From NCBI GenBank assembly GCA_951406725.2, contig OX597827.1:62310001-62374000 (forward strand): a stretch of DNA of 64,000 nucleotides, in the 5' to 3' direction. Numbering within the stretch: position 1 is the first letter of the stretch; each line of letters opens with the position of its first letter. A program made the translations under genes and the position numbers. Source of the DNA: Octopus vulgaris. Lineage: Eukaryota. Below are positions 59,271 through 64,000 of the stretch, one piece after another. Below the pieces are notes generated by a model that saw only the letters and a list, made by a program, of their open reading frames with translations, did no database searches and was not told the DNA's origin.

Positions 59271-59945
59271 CTGATCAAATACGCACATGGTTGAGATGGG
59301 TAATAAGATTTTCCTCGCATATACGTGTAAATATATGTATATATTCGTATTTTATACGCGGGTATTTTTATGCGTGTATATGTGTATTTTCGTTTATGTA
59401 TGATCGGTATATCTTGCTGATGAAGGTAACAAACCAGAATTTGATCTTTTTAGGGTTAACCCACCTTCAGTATCCTTAATTATTATTATATATATAATTA
59501 TATATCTATATATTGATTTTTACCTATATGGTTTTTTTATTATATGCTGGGCCCTGATAAAATCATTAATGTTTAATGATGTTATTTATAATCATGTATA
59601 CATGTATATTTATTCACTCTGATCATTATATTAACTGCTGCATTATTCTGATCAAATAAGCACGTGTTTGAGGTGGATAATAAGATTTGCCTAGTATATA
59701 CGTGTAATATTTACTTTCATTTATGTACGTTGGGTAAGCCCTACCGATGAAGATAAAATATTTATTACTAAACCAGAAATTGATCGATTTAGGGTTAACC
59801 CTATTTTTACCAAATTTTCTTTTATCCATTTTTCTCGTTTTCAATCTGTGCTAATAGAGTGCAAATTGAAGTAATTTAAAGTCATCTGACATCTATTTCT
59901 AGCATTTAGGTGTAGTTCCTTCAGTACCCTTAATTTTATCTATAT
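59271..59945 (+). mobile_element. Old tandem dimer (about 377-bp offset), each unit with an HHR remnant
   Basis: ctgatcaaata at 59271 and 59648; cores CTGATGA (59417) and cccta-CCGATGA...GAAA-ttgatcga-TT-taggg (59739-59794). Confidence 0.6.
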
Positions 59946-59970
59946 AATAATATATTTATATGTATATATA

Positions 59971-60217
59971 CGAGGGAGGGTCAAATATTATACGCACTCT
60001 TGTTTCTTGCAATGTATTTACGCAAAAGCAGGGGATAAAAAAGTATGTCATTTTTCTATACTCTCCTTCCCTTTCAATGAAATTGGTCCAACGGTCCACA
60101 AGCTTGTATATTCGCTGCAATAAGAAGGTTTTCGGTTAGTCGCGCAACCATTTATGCCCCTCTTCCTTCACATCTTCATCCGTAGGAAATCGACTGACTC
60201 GTAAACCATCTTTGAAC
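59971..60217 (-). mobile_element. mariner 3' end with TIR
   Basis: Minus strand FKDGLR..RFPTDEDVKE...KWLR...IYKLVDRW...IEREGEYIEK; TIR ta|cgagggagggtcaaatatt. Confidence 0.85.
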
Positions 60218-60239
60218 ATTTTAATAAACTATTTTTCTT

Positions 60240-60671
60240 TTATCTTTCTTCCAACCTCACTTGTGCCATGTAATTTGTGGAAAGGAAAAATTAGAAACAT
60301 TTTCTAACCACATGTTTCTATATGTTTGCCCAACGAAATTCGGCGAACATTGGTATTCCGGATTTGTTGTCTGTGGACTCGTGCACATTGCGATAAGTCA
60401 TTCCCTATCTCGCTTATATATAGTTCCTCGCAATTCAGGCATTTAATGCAGTAGATCAAATTTCTGCTTTTGAAGTTCATATCTGCATTTACGAAAGTCT
60501 GTCCATTTTTCGTTCTAATAGATCTACCAGTATGCATGTATTGACCCGTTCCACAACTGTTATCATTACACTTGGATACTGTGAATGTGTTATCCTGTTC
60601 ATATGGTTGATTAGTTATCATTTAAAACAATTTTCATTTTATTTTAGGATTGGCAAATTTGTTTTGATGAT
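60240..60671 (-). mobile_element. PLE fragment: Cys-linker and GIY-YIG endonuclease
   Basis: KCNDNSCGTGQY...SRNLIYCIKCLNCEELYISEIG...RVHRQQIR...HIETCG..FLIFPF. Confidence 0.85.
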
Positions 60672-61209
60672 GTTAAAAATGTGAGGTATACTTGCCATCT
60701 GAATATGGCTAACCACTAAGGGTGGGTGTTACTGTAGCTTGTAGCCCCAGGAGAACATCGTCTCCAGCTAGCTTTAGGCACACTTTCTGTGCCCTTATGG
60801 TATTCTGTGCCCTTATGGTATTTGCAAAGGGAGGTCACCCTTCCCTCGTCAACCTAAGTGATACGCACGGACTGCAGTTTCTAGGTTTTGACCTGTCATC
60901 AGCGTACGACAATCAGCGGTTTTCGATGAGAAGGTGTTCCAATGCAAATCCTTATATCGTTTTTCCAGTAACTTTTCGTCACTGATCTCGAAAAACTGTA
61001 TGCGAGCAATAATATATCTCTGAACAAGATATAAACAGTAACTGCACGACAATGTGAGGTATATTTGCCATCTCAATATGGCTAACCACTAAGGGTAGGT
61101 GTTACTGTAGCTTGTAGCCCCAGGAGAACATCGTCTCCAGCTGGCTTTAGGCACACTTTCTGTGCCCTTATGGTATTTCCAAAGGGAGGTCACCCTTCCC
61201 TCGTCATCC
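60672..61209 (-). mobile_element. Candidate non-LTR retrozyme: about 355-bp unit, about 1.4 copies, 12-bp TSD
   Basis: 60678-60851 repeated at 61051-61206 (first copy has an 18-bp internal duplication); tgttttgatgat at 60660-60671 and 61210-61221. Confidence 0.78.
60865..60907 (-). ncRNA. Minimal type-I hammerhead ribozyme motif (canonical core)
   Basis: Minus strand gtacg-CTGATGA-cagg(tcaaaa)ccta-GAAA-ctgcag-TC-cgtgc; one mismatch at the base of helix II. Confidence 0.8.
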
Positions 61210-61221
61210 TGTTTTGATGAT

Positions 61222-61601
61222 ACCGTTTCTTGATAAAATGGTAATTAAAAGCAACACCACAATCACAGCTGATATTTATTACAAAAGCACAGATACACAC
61301 TAGTATCTACATTTCAAATCATGCCACCCAACACTCATAACGCAACATCCTGTACTGTCTCGCCAGGAAAATTCGTACTATAATAGAAGACCCAAATACC
61401 AGGGACACAAGAGTTATCGAACTCAAAGTATTTCTGCTGAAGCAAAATTACCCTCTTCTACTTATAGAATATAGCATACAACGAGCAAAGGAGATACCTA
61501 TAGGACAATTAAGGGCAACACGAAAAAGACGAACCCATCAACGGAACACAATACCATTTCTAGTAACACACAATCCGCATATCCGCATCACCAAAACAAA
61601 T
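61222..61601 (+). mobile_element. PLE fragment: RT C-terminal region
   Basis: PFLDKMVIKSNTTITADIYYKSTDTH*YLHFKSCHP...IIEDPNTRDTRVIELKVFLLKQNYPLLLIEYSIQRAKEIP. Confidence 0.85.
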
Positions 61602-61738
61602 GTAACCGATAAAATAAGTACTAGGCTTCAAAAGAATAAGCCCTATCGTCAAATTCTTCGACTAAAAAATCCCTTTAAGGTCGCGCTCCAGCACTACCCC
61701 ATCAAATGACAGCAACAAGGAAAAGAGTAAAAGAATAA

Positions 61739-61778
<40 letters not shown>

Positions 61779-61827
61779 GTATGTATCCGTATATATCTAT
61801 ATACATTGGTGTCTGTCTGAATATGTA

Positions 61828-61880
<53 letters not shown>

Positions 61881-61906
61881 TATATATATATATGTATGTA
61901 TGTATG

Positions 61907-61998
<92 letters not shown>

Positions 61999-62006
61999 TA
62001 TGTATG

Positions 62007-62046
<40 letters not shown>

Positions 62047-62297
62047 TACAACTTTGGGATTTTACCAATAGGACCACAACTTCGATTTCAGGACAACCTT
62101 ATTTACTGGAGTACACTTAGAAAATTATATCCAAAATACTAATCTAATAATATAAGCATTTTAAAGCCTACTATAATATACAATAAGAATACAATACATT
62201 AGAGTTAATTATAAATTATTTAAACATATTTTTAAAATATATATATATATATACCTTACCTGTTATTAGTCTGTGGGGAAAGAAGATAATATTAACC

Positions 62298-62382
62298 AAC
62301 GCTACACGTGTTTCAGCGCTGGTGGTTTATTTTACCAGGCTGTACCTAATACATAAATCCACCAGTGCATCCTCAGGCTATT
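62298..62382 (-). ncRNA. Hammerhead motif with long helix II
   Basis: Minus strand tagc-CTGAGGA-tgcactggtgg...ccaccagcgct-GAAA-cacgtg-TA-gc; helix I short. Confidence 0.6.
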
Positions 62383-62397
62383 TTCCTCCTCTTATTA

Positions 62398-62473
<76 letters not shown>

Positions 62474-62515
62474 CATTAACGGATCCAACCTAATCCTACA
62501 AATTCTAAGACTAAA

Positions 62516-62561
<46 letters not shown>

Positions 62562-62759
62562 AACGGCGGTGCATCAGCATGGCCGAAGCTTTGAGCTGAA
62601 ACTAGAGTGAAAATAATATATATATAACTTTCTAATATACTTTTACAAAATTTAAAAGATTCTAAAAATTAGAAAATTATAATTTTTTTTAAAATTCATT
62701 AAAATTTAATAAAAGAAAATTAAATACCTAAAAATACAATAGCGATATATATATAGAAA

Positions 62760-62846
62760 GTGCTAGTTACGGGGACGTAAACACACCGGCATCGGTTGTC
62801 AAGTGATGTTGGGGGGGGACAAACACAGACACACAAACATACACAC

Positions 62847-62884
<38 letters not shown>

Positions 62885-62886
62885 AC

Positions 62887-62919
<33 letters not shown>

Positions 62920-63045
62920 CGACGGGCTTCTTTCAGTTTCCGTCTACCAAATCAACTCACAAGGCTTTGGTCGGCCCGAGGCTATAGTAGAAGACCCTCG
63001 CCCAAGGTGCCACGCAGTGGGTCTGAACCCGGAACCATGTGGTTC
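62760..63045 (-). mobile_element. SINE family A, internal part
   Basis: Matches family A. Confidence 0.85.
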
Positions 63046-63906
63046 GTACACCAGCATTTGTTATTTTCGTACTCTCCTGTAAGCACCTTCCGATTGCGAT
63101 CTCGTACTTTATATTGCTTGGAAAATTCAGCGGCCAGTATTTCAATTAAACATTAAATTTATCAATTCTACCATTCATTGAAAACCAGCGGAGATCGTTG
63201 AAACTTCCTCTCCGTTCTTGACATCAACAATAGAAAATTAAATGAGTATTAGTGAAAGAAACCAGAACCACATGCTGTACAAATAATCTAATGTTGTTCT
63301 TTGTCAGGTAACTGTTTGCTGTTGTGTTTTACGTTAATTCACCAAGCTCAACGACCGTAGCTCTATGTGGTAGAGAGACGTGCTAGAAAAAAATCTTTAT
63401 GAAATTACGTCTTACGCTCTCTACAGTGTAACAGTGAAAAGTAACGACAGCTCTCATATAAAGTCATACTGTCACATAAGACCACTTATTCATATAAGGC
63501 TACAGCGTGAAATATCGTCACACTGTCCTATAAGATTACGCAGTCATAAGGCTATAGTGCATCAAACGTATTAAAATGTAAGATATATTAACTCTTAAAA
63601 CACTGCACTTTCTCTAGAATTACTTCCCCTCGTACTGTTCTGTTACTATAGGGAAGAAAACTCTTACGGTGACATGATGCACCTACAGCGTGCTAAAGGT
63701 TAAAATCTTTGAAGCTCTACGCTTAGACTTTAAGGTTTTAGCCGTCCCGTGGCTACAGTGGAAGACACTTGGCCAATGTTCCACGGGACTAAACTTGGAA
63801 CCAAATGGTTTTGGGAGAACTTCTTTCCACACGTCTGCACTAGCGTATATCTCTCTTACCCCTCATCTATCTCCTTCTCTCCATATGTGTGTATGTGTGT
63901 GTGTGT

Positions 63907-64000
63907 GAAGGCGCATGGCTCAGTGGTTAGAGCGTCGAGCTTACGATTGTGAGGTTGTGAGATCGAATCCCGGACTGGGATGCGTGTTGTGTTCTTGAGC
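63907..64000 (+). mobile_element. tRNA-derived SINE family D head (runs off the window)
   Basis: gaaggcgcatggctcagtggttagagcg...gagatcgaatcccggactgg (A/B boxes) followed by tgcgtgttgtgttcttgagc. Confidence 0.8.

Overview
Eukaryotic, AT-rich, extremely microsatellite- and repeat-dense DNA. The SINE families and repeat landscape resemble a cephalopod (Octopus-like) genome; this is an inference from pattern recognition, not a database match. I found no host protein-coding exon I can support, and nearly all listed ORFs are translations of simple repeats. The recognisable coding remnants are all transposon-derived: several Tc1/mariner elements (one Tc1 carrying a spliceosomal-type intron), Penelope-like elements (PLE; RT and GIY-YIG pieces, one forming a ~1.9 kb near-perfect hairpin), a Dong/R4-like restriction-endonuclease 3' end in (TAA)n, an RTE-like 3' end and a Tx1/L1-like ORF1. 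There are also two non-autonomous Helitron-like elements and dozens of tRNA-derived SINE copies. The main finding is non-coding: about ten minimal type-I hammerhead-ribozyme (HHR) motifs with palindromic helix III and variant cores. Several lie in ~355-380 bp units present as slightly more than one copy (32164-32627, 60672-61209, 59271-59945), which is the architecture expected for circular-RNA 'retrozymes'. All structures were read by eye; none was computed or tested, and element boundaries are approximate unless a TIR/TSD is quoted.
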